Source: an uncultured Acidobacteriota bacterium
GTDB taxonomy: Bacteria; Acidobacteriota; Thermoanaerobaculia; Multivoradales; UBA5704
Direction of reading: 5' to 3'
NCBI GenBank assembly: GCA_963700145.1
Contig: OY969474.1
Span: 2,432,001 to 2,496,000, forward strand
Length of the DNA: 64,000 bases
The notes below the pieces were generated by a model. That model did no database searches. It was not told the origin of the DNA and was given only the letters and a program-made list of their open reading frames with translations. Each line of letters opens with the position of its first letter. Position 1 is the first letter of the stretch. Positions 9,441 through 18,613 of the stretch are shown piece by piece. A program made the translations under genes and the position numbers.

Positions 9441-11699
9441 CTACTGCTCCGAGGGGACGGAGCTGCGCCCGGTGAGGTCCAGGAAGGTGCCGACGTTCTT
9501 GAGCGTCACCGAGAAGCGGTACTCGCGGTTGCGCAGCGCCTGGGCCTGGAAGCTCAGCAGCTCGAGGCGGAAGCCGTAGCACTGCGACATCCAGTTGACG
9601 ACGTAGCGCTGCTGCTGGATCTTGGCCTCGTCGAGGTCGTAGGAGAGGCGGCCCTCGACGCGCAGCCGGTTGGGGCGCAGGCCGAGGGCGCCGAAGAGCT
9701 GCACCTGGGTGCCCAGCTCGCCCGGCTCCCCGGCCTGCGGCCGGCGGTAGAGGGTGAGCCCGAGGTTGTTGGCCACTCCCCAGCCGTAGCCGCCGGAGAG
9801 CGAGCTCGAGGCCAGGCGCGCGTCGAGGGTGTTGTAGGTGACGCGCGACTCGAAGCTCGTCTTGTCGCTGGGGTTGATGCGGACCAGGGCCTCCAGCGGC
9901 CCGGCGGTGTCGTTCTCGAGGCCGTCGATCGAGGTCTGGAGCGGCTGCTGGTCGTCGAACGAGAGGTCGCGCGCCACCTCGAAGAGGAAGACCTCGCGCG
10001 CCGCTCCCTTGCTGTCCTCGGGCTTGGCCAGGATGCGGTTGACCAGGGCGACGCGGGCGCGGTTGGTCGAGAAGGCCGTGTCCACCTCGTCGAAGCGCGG
10101 CACCAGCGCCTGGTCCTCGACCTCGCCGCTGTAGACGTAGCCGATGCGCGGCGCCACGACGTGCTTGAAGCGGGCGAAGGCGCCGAGCTTGCGCTCGTAG
10201 ATGCGCGACAGCGACGGCCCCACCAGCTCGGCGCGGCCGAAAGGGAAGCTGCGGGTGAAGGTCTCGCCGGTGAAGGTGCCGTCGACCGGCGACAGGCTGT
10301 CGCCGTACCAGGTGTAGCGGCCGCCGCCGGTGAGGTTGAGCGACAGCCACGGCAGGGTCGAGACCGGCAGCGACAGCTCCGGCCCGACGTCGACGCGGCC
10401 GTAGGTCGCGTCGAGGGTGCGCTGGTTGTCGAGGTCGAGGTAGTCGGCCGACCCGCGGAAGCCGACGTAGAAGGGCGTCTTCCACAGCCGCGTCGAGCGC
10501 AGCCGGTACTCCACCTCCGGGAGCTTCCGCTGCACCACCGTCACCCCCGGCACGTCGAGGGTCTGGATCTCGTTGAGCAGGACGTTGAGCAGGTGGGCGC
10601 CGCGGTTCCGGCTGACGAAGGCGCGGCTGGCGACGCGGCGGGTGGTGTTGCGGTCGATGTCGCGCTCGAAGTCGCGGAAGAACTCGAAGTCGGAGAAGTC
10701 CTCGTAGGCGATGACGCCGCGCATCCCCCACGGCAGGTCGTTGGTGACGTGGTCGAGGTTGACCTTCCAGCGCCACTCGTCGCGGTCGGGGTCCTGGACG
10801 GCGTAGCCGACGAAGCTGCCGCGCGTCCCCTCGCTCGGCTGGTAGCGCAGCTCGTTGCCGAGGCCGAAGTAGCCGCGGCTGTAGCTGTCGATGTGGAAGG
10901 TCGTGTCGTAGCTCCGCCCCAGGGTCTGGAAGTAGGCCAGCGAGAGCGAAGCGCCGCGGCGCTCGGAGTAGCCGATGTTGGGGATCAGCAAACCCGAGCT
11001 GCGCTCGCTCTTGGCCGGCCAGAGGAGGTAGGGGGTGTAGAACACCGGCACCTTCTTGACCCGCATCGCCGCGCTGCGCACCCGCGCGTAGCCCTCCATC
11101 TCGACCGTCGCCTGGCCGAGCCGGAAGCTCCAGTCCGGGTTTTCGCCGCTGCAGGAGGTGAAGATGCCGTCGGTGACGGTGTAGACGTCCTCGGCGACCT
11201 TCGCCACCTCGGCGCCGCTGAAGTAGTACTCGGAGGCGACGTGGGCGGTGGCCTCGGTGAGCTTGCCGGTCTTGGTGTCGAGGTCGAAGGTGGCGGTCTC
11301 GCCGGTCAGCCGCCGCGGCCCCTGGTCGACGATGACGTTGCCGGTGGCGGTCACGACCTTGGTCTCGAGATCGAGCTCGGCGCGGTCGGCCGAGAGCTCC
11401 ATGTCCTGGTACTTGATCTTCACCGCCCCGGAGAGGACGGCGTAGTCCTTGGTCTTGTATTCGAGGTCCGCGGCGCTGCCGGAGGCGCTGCCGCCGCCCT
11501 GGTCCTCCGGGAACTTCAGGTCGAACTCGATGCGGTCGGCGGCCGCGGCGGGGACCGCGGGCTGGGCGGGCTGGGTCGAGGCCGGCGGCACGGCCGGCTC
11601 GCCGGTCGTCTCCGGCTCCCCGCTGAGCTCCGGCTTCTGCGGGTCCTGGGCGGCGAGGGGAGAGGCGAGGAACAGTCCCAGCAGCAACAGCCTTGTCAT
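9441..11699 (-). CDS. lptD: LPS-assembly protein LptD
   Basis: Signal peptide, OstA-like N-domain, FTSC..PDW, PVFYTPY, RSSGLLIP, beta-barrel with QCY near the C-terminus. Alternative GTG start at 11756. Confidence 0.85.
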   Translation of the reverse strand: MTRLLLLGLFLASPLAAQDPQKPELSGEPETTGEPAVPPASTQPAQPAVPAAAADRIEFDLKFPEDQGGGSASGSAADLEYKTKDYAVLSGAVKIKYQDMELSADRAELDLETKVVTATGNVIVDQGPRRLTGETATFDLDTKTGKLTEATAHVASEYYFSGAEVAKVAEDVYTVTDGIFTSCSGENPDWSFRLGQATVEMEGYARVRSAAMRVKKVPVFYTPYLLWPAKSERSSGLLIPNIGYSERRGASLSLAYFQTLGRSYDTTFHIDSYSRGYFGLGNELRYQPSEGTRGSFVGYAVQDPDRDEWRWKVNLDHVTNDLPWGMRGVIAYEDFSDFEFFRDFERDIDRNTTRRVASRAFVSRNRGAHLLNVLLNEIQTLDVPGVTVVQRKLPEVEYRLRSTRLWKTPFYVGFRGSADYLDLDNQRTLDATYGRVDVGPELSLPVSTLPWLSLNLTGGGRYTWYGDSLSPVDGTFTGETFTRSFPFGRAELVGPSLSRIYERKLGAFARFKHVVAPRIGYVYSGEVEDQALVPRFDEVDTAFSTNRARVALVNRILAKPEDSKGAAREVFLFEVARDLSFDDQQPLQTSIDGLENDTAGPLEALVRINPSDKTSFESRVTYNTLDARLASSSLSGGYGWGVANNLGLTLYRRPQAGEPGELGTQVQLFGALGLRPNRLRVEGRLSYDLDEAKIQQQRYVVNWMSQCYGFRLELLSFQAQALRNREYRFSVTLKNVGTFLDLTGRSSVPSEQ

Positions 11700-11729
11700 T
11701 CCGAGCGCAGCGAGGAATCTGGGGGCAGG
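11694..11729. repeat. Single REP-like copy overlapping the lptD start
   Basis: tgtcattccgagcgcagcgaggaatctgggggcagg, same family as 8260 and 13261. Confidence 0.7.
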
Positions 11730-11752
11730 CTGCCTGACAGCGACCATCTGCC

Positions 11753-12937
11753 TCACGCGTCGAGCCTCTCAACCACCATCGCCGTCGCCTCGCCGCCGCC
11801 GATGCAGATCGCGGCGCAGCCGGTCCTGGCGCCGCGCTCGCGCAGGGCGTGGAGGAGGGTGACCAGGATGCGCGCCCCCGAGCTGCCGATGGGGTGGCCG
11901 AGGGCGACCGCCCCGCCACGGACGTTGACCCGCGCGGGGTCGAGCCCGAGGTCGCGGATGAAGGCCAGCGCCACGACCGCGAAGGCCTCGTTGACCTCCC
12001 AGAGGTCGATGTCGGCCGCCTTCATGCCGGCCCGCTCGAGGACCACCTTGACCGCCCCGGCCGGCGCGGTGGTGAACCACTCCGGCTTCTGGGCCAGCGA
12101 GGCGTGGGCGACGATGCGCGCCAGCGGCTTCTTCCCCAGCGCCGCGGCGTGGGCGGCGGTGGTCAGCACCAGGGCGGCGGCGCCGTCGTTGATCTTGCTG
12201 GCGTTGCCGGCGGTGACGGTGCCGTCCTTCTGGAAGGCGGGGCGGAGGCCGCCGATTCGCGACAGGTCCGCCTTGAAGGGCTCCTCGTCGCGATCGACCG
12301 GGGTGCCCTCCCCCTTCTTGCCGGGAACGGTCACCGGCACGATCTCCTCGGCCGAGAGCCCGCGCTCGGTGGCCTCGCGGGCGCGGCGGTAGCTCTCGAG
12401 GGCGAAGGCGTCCTGCTCCTCGCGCGAGACGGCGTACTCGCGCACGCAGAGCTCGGCGCAGTTGCCCATGTGGAGGTCGTTGTAGGGGTCCCAGAGGCCG
12501 TCGTGGATGACGGAGTCGATGAGCTTGCCGTGCCCGAGCCGCAGGCCCTCGCGCGCCCCGGGGGCGAGGTAGGGGGCCTGGCTCATGCTCTCCATGCCGC
12601 CGGCGGCGACGATCCGGAAGTCGCCGCAGCGCAGGTCGTTGGCGGCGATCATGACGGCGCGCATCGCCGAGCCGCAGACTTTGTTGAGGGTGACGGCCCC
12701 GGTCGCGGGCGGGCAGCCGGCGCCGAGGGCGGCCTGGCGGGCGGGGGCTTGGCCCTGGCCGGCGGTGAGGACGCAGCCCATGTTGACTTGCTGGATGTCC
12801 GCGGGGGTCAAGCCGGCGCGCTCGATGGCAGCGGCGAGAGCGCGGGCGCCCAGGACGTGCGCGGGGAGGGCCGCGAGCGTCCCCTGAAAAGCGCCGATCG
12901 GGGTACGCACGGCGCTCAGGATGACGACGTCGTCCAA
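11753..12937 (-). CDS. Acetyl-CoA C-acetyltransferase (thiolase)
   Basis: TTG start after GAGGA; NKVCGS, NEAF, GHPIGSSG, CIGGG. Confidence 0.93.
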   Translation of the reverse strand: MDDVVILSAVRTPIGAFQGTLAALPAHVLGARALAAAIERAGLTPADIQQVNMGCVLTAGQGQAPARQAALGAGCPPATGAVTLNKVCGSAMRAVMIAANDLRCGDFRIVAAGGMESMSQAPYLAPGAREGLRLGHGKLIDSVIHDGLWDPYNDLHMGNCAELCVREYAVSREEQDAFALESYRRAREATERGLSAEEIVPVTVPGKKGEGTPVDRDEEPFKADLSRIGGLRPAFQKDGTVTAGNASKINDGAAALVLTTAAHAAALGKKPLARIVAHASLAQKPEWFTTAPAGAVKVVLERAGMKAADIDLWEVNEAFAVVALAFIRDLGLDPARVNVRGGAVALGHPIGSSGARILVTLLHALRERGARTGCAAICIGGGEATAMVVERLDA

Positions 12938-12997
12938 TTGGGGTTCCTCGGTCGGAAGTTCGGACGTTCGGACGGGATCTACGGCCGGCTCGGGAAA

Positions 12998-13010
12998 ATC
13001 GTAGCACACG
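12998..13010 (-). promoter_or_regulatory. Extended -10 (TGCTACGAT) upstream of thiolase
   Basis: Minus-strand gtgtgctacgat about 60 nt upstream of the start. Confidence 0.4.
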
Positions 13011-13260
13011 CTTTCCCCCCGCCCGCCCGCGCTTGATCGACCGTTCCGGTGTGGGGTCCCGCAGGTCTCCTCCGCGCCGGGCGCTCCTTGATGTCCGCGC
13101 TTCGCGTGCTGGTACAGAGGCGCCTTGCCGGCAAACACGGTCTTGCCTTCGCCGCCTCGCACGGTGGACTGCGAGGGGGAGCGGACGGAGCGCCCGGCGC
13201 TCCAGAGATCCTGCGGGCCCTAGAACCGGCGGTGGAGCCACTGCTCCGATGGTGGCCCTT

Positions 13261-13365
13261 TGTCATCCCGAGCGAGAGCGAGGGATCTGGGGGCAGGGCG
13301 GCGCGAAGACAGTCCAGCATCGCGCCGCCCCCCGTCCAGATCCTTCGCTCTCGCTCAGGATGACA
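13261..13365. repeat. REP-like inverted pair
   Basis: tgtcatcccgagcgagagcgagggatctggggg ... ccagatccttcgctctcgctcaggatgaca. Confidence 0.85.
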
Positions 13366-13423
13366 AGGAAGCGTCGTTTCTTGTGGGCGGGGGCCGTCGT
13401 TACTTCAGAGATTCGAGTCATGG

Positions 13424-13597
13424 CGCCGCGTGATGTGCCGGGCCAGAGGCCCGCGAAGCGGCGCGTTCGGGTGAGGGGGCCACCGCCGTACGCGAACGAA
13501 GCCGACTTGACTCATCCGCCACTGCGTCCTCCAACCAGGAACCCGCGAAGCGGGCGCGCCTCTTCGCGGGCCGGGTGGCCCGGCATCTCACGCGGCA
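13424..13597. other. Long imperfect inverted repeat (candidate structured RNA or MITE-like element)
   Basis: gccgcgtgatgtgccgggcca..ggcccgcgaagcggcgcg pairs with cgcgcctcttcgcgggcc..tggcccggcatctcacgcggc. Confidence 0.45.
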
Positions 13598-13655
13598 CTA
13601 TCCGCCCCGCGCGGAAAAGGGCGGGGGGAAGGGCCGACGTAGAATCCGGGCGGCG

Positions 13656-14075
13656 ATGCGCACCCTGGGGATCGATTTCGGCGAGAAGCGGGTGGGGTTG
13701 GCGATTTCGGACCCCGAGGGCCGGGTGGCGGTGCCGCTGGAGACTTTGGGGAGGACGAGCGACGCGGCGGTGGTCGCGGCGATCGCGGCGCTGGCGCGGC
13801 GGGAGGGGGTGGAGAGGCTGGTGGTCGGCGAGCCGGTGGGGCTCGACGGGGTGCGCGGGGCGGCGGCGGAGCGGGCTCGGCGGTTCGCCGCCAAGCTCGG
13901 CGCCGCGACCGGACTGCCTTGCGAGATGGTCGACGAAGCCCTGACCAGCGTCGAGGCCGAAGCGCGGCTCCGGGCCGCCGGGGTCGACCCGCGCCGCCGT
14001 CCCGACCGCATCGACGCCGTCGCCGCCCAGATCCTCCTCCAGGAAGCCCTCGACCGGGCGGCCGCCCGGCAATGA
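13656..14075 (+). CDS. ruvX: Holliday junction resolvase-like / pre-16S rRNA nuclease RuvX (YqgF)
   Basis: MRTLGIDFGEKRVGLAISD, VDEALTS, IDAVAAQILLQ. Confidence 0.93.
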   Translation: MRTLGIDFGEKRVGLAISDPEGRVAVPLETLGRTSDAAVVAAIAALARREGVERLVVGEPVGLDGVRGAAAERARRFAAKLGAATGLPCEMVDEALTSVEAEARLRAAGVDPRRRPDRIDAVAAQILLQEALDRAAARQ

Positions 14076-15178
14076 GCCCGCGGCGCCGGGCCGCCCCGGC
14101 GAAGAAAACCAAGACACCCCGCAAGAAACGCATGAAACCGCGCTTCGCCCTCGGCCTCGGCCTCCTGCTCCTGCTCGCCGCCGTGCCGGCGACGGCGGTG
14201 CTCTGGTCCTGGTGGCGGCTCAACCAGCCCTACCGCGGCTTCCCCGGCAGCGAGAAGACCGTCCTCGTCGAGCCCGGCATGGGCGCGGCCGAGATCCTCG
14301 TCCTCCTCGAGCGCGAGGGGGTGCTGGCCGACGCCCGGCTGGCCCGCGCCTACCTGGTCTACGCCCTCGGCGACCCGCCGATCCTGGCCGGCGAGTACCT
14401 CTTCGACGAGCCCGCCTCGGCGCCGGCGGTGCTGCGCAAGCTGGTCGAGGGGGACGTCGTCTCGGTGCGCGCGACCCTGATCGAGGGGCTGACCCTCGAG
14501 GAGAGCGCCCGCGCCCTCGCCGACCGCGGGCTGGGTGGCTACGACGAGCTGGTCGCCGTCATGCGCGATCCGGCGCCGATCGCCGACCTCGACCCCGAGG
14601 CCCCCGACCTCGAGGGCTACCTCTTCCCCGAGACCTACACCTTCGCCAAGGGGACTCCGCCCGCGGAGGTGGTGCAGACCCTGGTCGACACCTTCCGCGC
14701 CCGCTGGCGGGAGGAGGTGGCGCCGCGCGCCGGCGCCGCCGGTGCGGGGAACGTCCGCGAGCTGGTCACCCTGGCCTCGATCGTCGAGAAGGAGGCCAAG
14801 ATCCCCGGCGAGCGGCCGACGATCGCCGGCGTCTATCAAAACCGCCTCCAACGCGGCATCGGCCTCTTCGCCGACCCGACGGTGATCTACGCCCTGAAGC
14901 GCCAGGGGCGCTGGGACGGCAACCTCCGCCGCCGCGACCTGCAGATGGACTCCCCCTACAACACCTACCGCTACGCCGGACTCCCGCCCGGCCCGATCTG
15001 CTCCCCCGGCCTCGCCAGCCTCCTCGCCGCCGCCCGCCCGTCGCCGGTCGACTATCTCTACTTCGTCAGCCGCAACGACGGCACCCACGTCTTCGCGGCG
15101 ACCGTGGCCGAGCACAACGCCAACGTCGAGCGCTGGCAGCGCCGCTTCTGGCGCGAGCGGCGAGCGCCAAGTCGCTGA
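14072..15178 (+). CDS. mltG: Endolytic transglycosylase MltG
   Basis: LEGYLFPETY, LASIVEKEA, DPTVIY, SPYNTY..GLPPGPICSPG; ATGA overlap with ruvX. Confidence 0.93.
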   Translation: MSPRRRAAPAKKTKTPRKKRMKPRFALGLGLLLLLAAVPATAVLWSWWRLNQPYRGFPGSEKTVLVEPGMGAAEILVLLEREGVLADARLARAYLVYALGDPPILAGEYLFDEPASAPAVLRKLVEGDVVSVRATLIEGLTLEESARALADRGLGGYDELVAVMRDPAPIADLDPEAPDLEGYLFPETYTFAKGTPPAEVVQTLVDTFRARWREEVAPRAGAAGAGNVRELVTLASIVEKEAKIPGERPTIAGVYQNRLQRGIGLFADPTVIYALKRQGRWDGNLRRRDLQMDSPYNTYRYAGLPPGPICSPGLASLLAAARPSPVDYLYFVSRNDGTHVFAATVAEHNANVERWQRRFWRERRAPSR

Positions 15179-15207
15179 CTTGCCAAGGGCTTGACGTGCA
15201 AGTCTTG

Positions 15208-15248
15208 TTGACACCGGGGGTTGCCAGGGTGTATCTAGATCTCACAAT
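15208..15248 (+). promoter_or_regulatory. Possible sigma70 promoter for the pseudokinase-TonB gene
   Basis: TTGACA/TTGCCA followed by TATCTA/CACAAT at 16-18 nt in an AT-richer gap. Confidence 0.35.
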
Positions 15249-15331
15249 TCCCGACACACCGCCGTAGCCCGGAAGCCGTCCCCCGTGTAGGCCGACGCCG
15301 GAACCGGCGAGGGGCCCGCGAAGGAGACGTG

Positions 15332-17308
15332 ATGCAGATCCCGGAAGAGTTTGGTCAGTATCTCCTCCTCAAGAAGCTCACCGAAGACTCTCTGGGAGAG
15401 ACGTTCCGCGCCGGCAAGGTGGGGCGCGACGGGCTCGAGCGGGTCGTCCTGCTGCGCGTCTTCAACGGCCGGGGCCTCGACGCCGAGGGTTTCGCCCAGC
15501 GGCTCGGCGCGCGGACGCCGGTGCAGCAGGCGCTGCGCAGCCCCAACATCGGCAGCGGCGTCGACGTCGGCCGGGTGCGCAACTACAGCTACGTCGCCTA
15601 CGACTACATCTCGGGCAAGAACCTGGCGACCCTCGCCGCGCAGGCGACGAAGGCCCGCCTCCCCATCCCCCCAGACCACGCCCTGCTGATCGTCGAGCGC
15701 CTGGCGCTCGCCGTCGCGGTGGCCTACGAGAGCCGCGTCGAGGACGAGCGGGTGCTGCACGGCTTCGTGGTGCCGCACCTGGTCATGGTCTCCAACGAAG
15801 GGGAGACGCGCCTCCTCGGCTTCGAGGCCGCCCCCGGGCTGCGCGAGGCCGCGGCCGCCGGCGCCTTCGGGCCGGAGGTCACCCGCTACCTCGCCCCCGA
15901 GGCCCTGACCTCGGCGGCGGTGGCCAAGAACGACGACGTCTGGTCGCTCGCTGCGATCCTCTTCGAGCTGCTGACCGGCGAGCCGCTGCCGGCGCCGCCG
16001 CCCGGCGGCTACGGCGCGCTCGTCGACGCCGCCACCCTCGCCCAGGAGGGGGGCGCGCTGGCGGCGCCGATCGCGGCGCTGCTCAAGAAGAGCCTGGTGC
16101 CGCGGGCCGAGCGCGTCGCCGACGTCGTCTCCTGGCACAAGGCGCTGTCCAAGCTGATGATCGACGGCCAGTACAGCCCGACCACCTTCAACCTCGCCTT
16201 CTTCATGCACAACCTCTTCCGCGACGAGATCGAGCGCGAGGGCCAGGAGCTGCAGGCCGAGCGCAAGCTCGACCTCTCCGAGCGGGTGGTGCGGGCGGCC
16301 CACGCGCCGGCCGCCGCGGCCGCCGCCGCCTTCGACACCCGCGAGCAGACCGGGGTGCGGCAGGCGCCGGTCAAGGAAGGGACGGGCGTCTACGCCTACG
16401 GCACCGCCGCCGCGGCCGCGGCGCCGAAGCGCTCGAAGACGCCGCTCTGGATCGGCCTCGCAGCGGCGCTGCTGCTCGCCGCCGGCGCCGGCGGCTGGCT
16501 GCTCTACGCGCGCGACGCCGACGGCAAGCCCGGGCCGCGCGAGGCCCGCAACGCCGCGGCACCGCCCGTCCGCCCCAAGGCGGCCGCGGCGACTCCGACG
16601 CAGGCGCAGATCCAGGCCCAGATCAACGCCATGATCGAGCAGCGCAGCAAGGAGATGGAGGACAAGTACCGGGCGCAGACCGACGAGCAGATCCGCGCCC
16701 TCCAGAAGCAGCTCGAGGAGAGCCGCCGCGCCGCCGCCTCGGCCGCGCTGGCGAAGGACGAGCGCCCCGCCCCCGCCGCGGCCAGCGCCCCGCCCGAGCC
16801 CAAGCCCGCGGTGCGCACCGCCGCCGCCGAGCCCGAGCCGAGCGCGGCGGACGCCGCCGAGGCCCGGGCGGCGGCGCAACAGCCGACGCAGCAGGCCGCC
16901 GCCCCCGTGCCGGCCGTCGATCGCGGCGGCGCGGCCGCCGCCGACACCACCGCGCCGGCGTCCACCGCCGCCGTCCCCGAGCCCGCGCCGGCGGCGCCGG
17001 AGGTGCGGGTCGGCGACCTGGTGAGCGGCGGCACCGGCGTCATCCCGCCGCAGCGGGTGAGCGACCTGCGGGCGGTCTACCCGCGCGCCGCCGAGCGCTT
17101 CGGCAAGACCGCGACGGTCAACGTGCGAGTGCTGGTGGACGAGAACGGCAAGGTGGCCCAGGCCGAGCGGATCGGCAACAAGGTCGGCTTCGGCTTCGAC
17201 GAGGCCGCCGTAGACGCCGCGCGGAGGGTGAACTTCCGCGCGGCCACCAAGGACGGCGTCCGGGTCAAGATGTGGCACACGCTGCGCGTCGACTTCAAGC
17301 AGCCGTAA
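15332..17308 (+). CDS. Ser/Thr protein-kinase-like (pseudokinase) domain + TM + coiled coil/Pro-Ala linker + TonB C-terminal domain
   Basis: [30 protein letters not shown]; single TM; C-terminal [32 protein letters not shown]. Confidence 0.8.
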   Translation: MQIPEEFGQYLLLKKLTEDSLGETFRAGKVGRDGLERVVLLRVFNGRGLDAEGFAQRLGARTPVQQALRSPNIGSGVDVGRVRNYSYVAYDYISGKNLATLAAQATKARLPIPPDHALLIVERLALAVAVAYESRVEDERVLHGFVVPHLVMVSNEGETRLLGFEAAPGLREAAAAGAFGPEVTRYLAPEALTSAAVAKNDDVWSLAAILFELLTGEPLPAPPPGGYGALVDAATLAQEGGALAAPIAALLKKSLVPRAERVADVVSWHKALSKLMIDGQYSPTTFNLAFFMHNLFRDEIEREGQELQAERKLDLSERVVRAAHAPAAAAAAAFDTREQTGVRQAPVKEGTGVYAYGTAAAAAAPKRSKTPLWIGLAAALLLAAGAGGWLLYARDADGKPGPREARNAAAPPVRPKAAAATPTQAQIQAQINAMIEQRSKEMEDKYRAQTDEQIRALQKQLEESRRAAASAALAKDERPAPAAASAPPEPKPAVRTAAAEPEPSAADAAEARAAAQQPTQQAAAPVPAVDRGGAAAADTTAPASTAAVPEPAPAAPEVRVGDLVSGGTGVIPPQRVSDLRAVYPRAAERFGKTATVNVRVLVDENGKVAQAERIGNKVGFGFDEAAVDAARRVNFRAATKDGVRVKMWHTLRVDFKQP

Positions 17309-17318
17309 CGGGGAGGGC

Positions 17319-18497
17319 ATGCACGAAGCGCTGATCCTGGCCGGCCTCTCGGCGGCGGTCGCCGGCCTCATCACCAACCTGCTGGTCCCCTTCGCCGCCA
17401 AGGTGGCGGTGGCGATCCGGGCGGTCGACCACCCCGGCGACCGCAAGCTCCAGGGGTGGCCGGTGCCGCGGCTCGGCGGCCTCGCCATCGTCCTCGGGCT
17501 GGGGCTCTCGGCCGGCAGCCTCCTCCTCTCGCGCTGGGCCGAGTGGGGCGCCCAGGTCGGCCGCTCCCAGATCATCGCCCTCGCCGTCGCCACCAGCATG
17601 GTCTTCCTGGTCGGCCTGGTGGACGACGTCATGGGGGTGAGCACGGCCAAGAAGTTCCTGGTGCAGCTCGCCGCGGCGGCGCTGATGGTGCGCATCGGCT
17701 GGTCGTTCGAGGTGATGCGGCTCCCGGGCTTGGGCGAGATCGAGCTCGGCATGTTCGGCCAGCTCGTCTCGCTGATCTGGATCGTCGGGGTGACCAACGC
17801 CATCAACCTGATCGACGGCCTCGACGGGCTGGCCGGCGGGGTGGTGGCGATCATCTCGGGGAGCCTGCTGACCTACTCGGTGCTCCTCGGCAACCCGCAC
17901 ACCGTGATCCTCATGGGGGCGATCGCCGGCGCCTGCCTGGGCTTCCTGCGCCACAACTGGGCGCCGGCCCGCATCTTCATGGGCGACTCGGGGTCGCTGA
18001 CCCTGGGGTTCCTGCTCGGCGTGATGACCGTCCACTCGACGTTCAAGGCGCCGGCGGCGGTGGCCATCCTGGTGCCGATCCTGGCGCTCGGCGTGCCGGT
18101 GATCGACACGCTGCTGGTCATGGGAGTGCGCTTCCTCGACCGCCCCAAGGGGGCGCACGCCGAGGGCTTCCTGCGCATGTTCCGCGCCGACCGCAACCAC
18201 CTCCACCACCTCCTCCAGCACGTGCGCGGCAGCCGCACCGGCGTGGTGGCGACGATCTACGCGGTCGTGCTCGGCTCTTGCGCCGCGGCGCTGCTGGTGG
18301 CGGTGAGCGGCGACGCGCTGCTCGGGCTGGTGCTGCTGGCCGTCGAGTTCCTCGCCCTCTTCGGCATCCGCCGCCTCGGCATGGCCCGCGAAGCCGCCAA
18401 GCTCGCCCAACAGCAGCGCGCCGACATCGCCCGCCGCCTCGCCGGGCCCGAGGACGACGAAGCCGGCGAAGCGGCGGTGCTACGGTTCGGGCGGTAA
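17319..18497 (+). CDS. Undecaprenyl-phosphate GlcNAc-1-phosphate transferase (WecA/TagO, MraY-like)
   Basis: [39 protein letters not shown]. Confidence 0.9.
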   Translation: MHEALILAGLSAAVAGLITNLLVPFAAKVAVAIRAVDHPGDRKLQGWPVPRLGGLAIVLGLGLSAGSLLLSRWAEWGAQVGRSQIIALAVATSMVFLVGLVDDVMGVSTAKKFLVQLAAAALMVRIGWSFEVMRLPGLGEIELGMFGQLVSLIWIVGVTNAINLIDGLDGLAGGVVAIISGSLLTYSVLLGNPHTVILMGAIAGACLGFLRHNWAPARIFMGDSGSLTLGFLLGVMTVHSTFKAPAAVAILVPILALGVPVIDTLLVMGVRFLDRPKGAHAEGFLRMFRADRNHLHHLLQHVRGSRTGVVATIYAVVLGSCAAALLVAVSGDALLGLVLLAVEFLALFGIRRLGMAREAAKLAQQQRADIARRLAGPEDDEAGEAAVLRFGR

Positions 18498-18500
18498 GAC

Positions 18501-18601
18501 CTGCCCCCAGATCATTCGCTGCGCTCAGGATGACGTCGTAAATTCATCGCGGGCACAGCCCACGCCGTCATCCTGAGCGAAGCGAAGGATCTGGGCGGGG
18601 G
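18501..18601. repeat. REP-like inverted pair between convergent genes
   Basis: cccagatcattcgctgcgctcaggatgacg ... cgtcatcctgagcgaagcgaaggatctggg. Confidence 0.85.
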
Positions 18602-18613
18602 AACGCGCAGTCG

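Noticed and set aside
8371-11919. 1182-aa rfbA 'fusion' (likewise the N-terminal extensions on 752..2806, 18614..20851, 29819..32659, 43323..45386)
   Set aside because: The extensions are off-frame readings of the upstream gene; the true starts are internal
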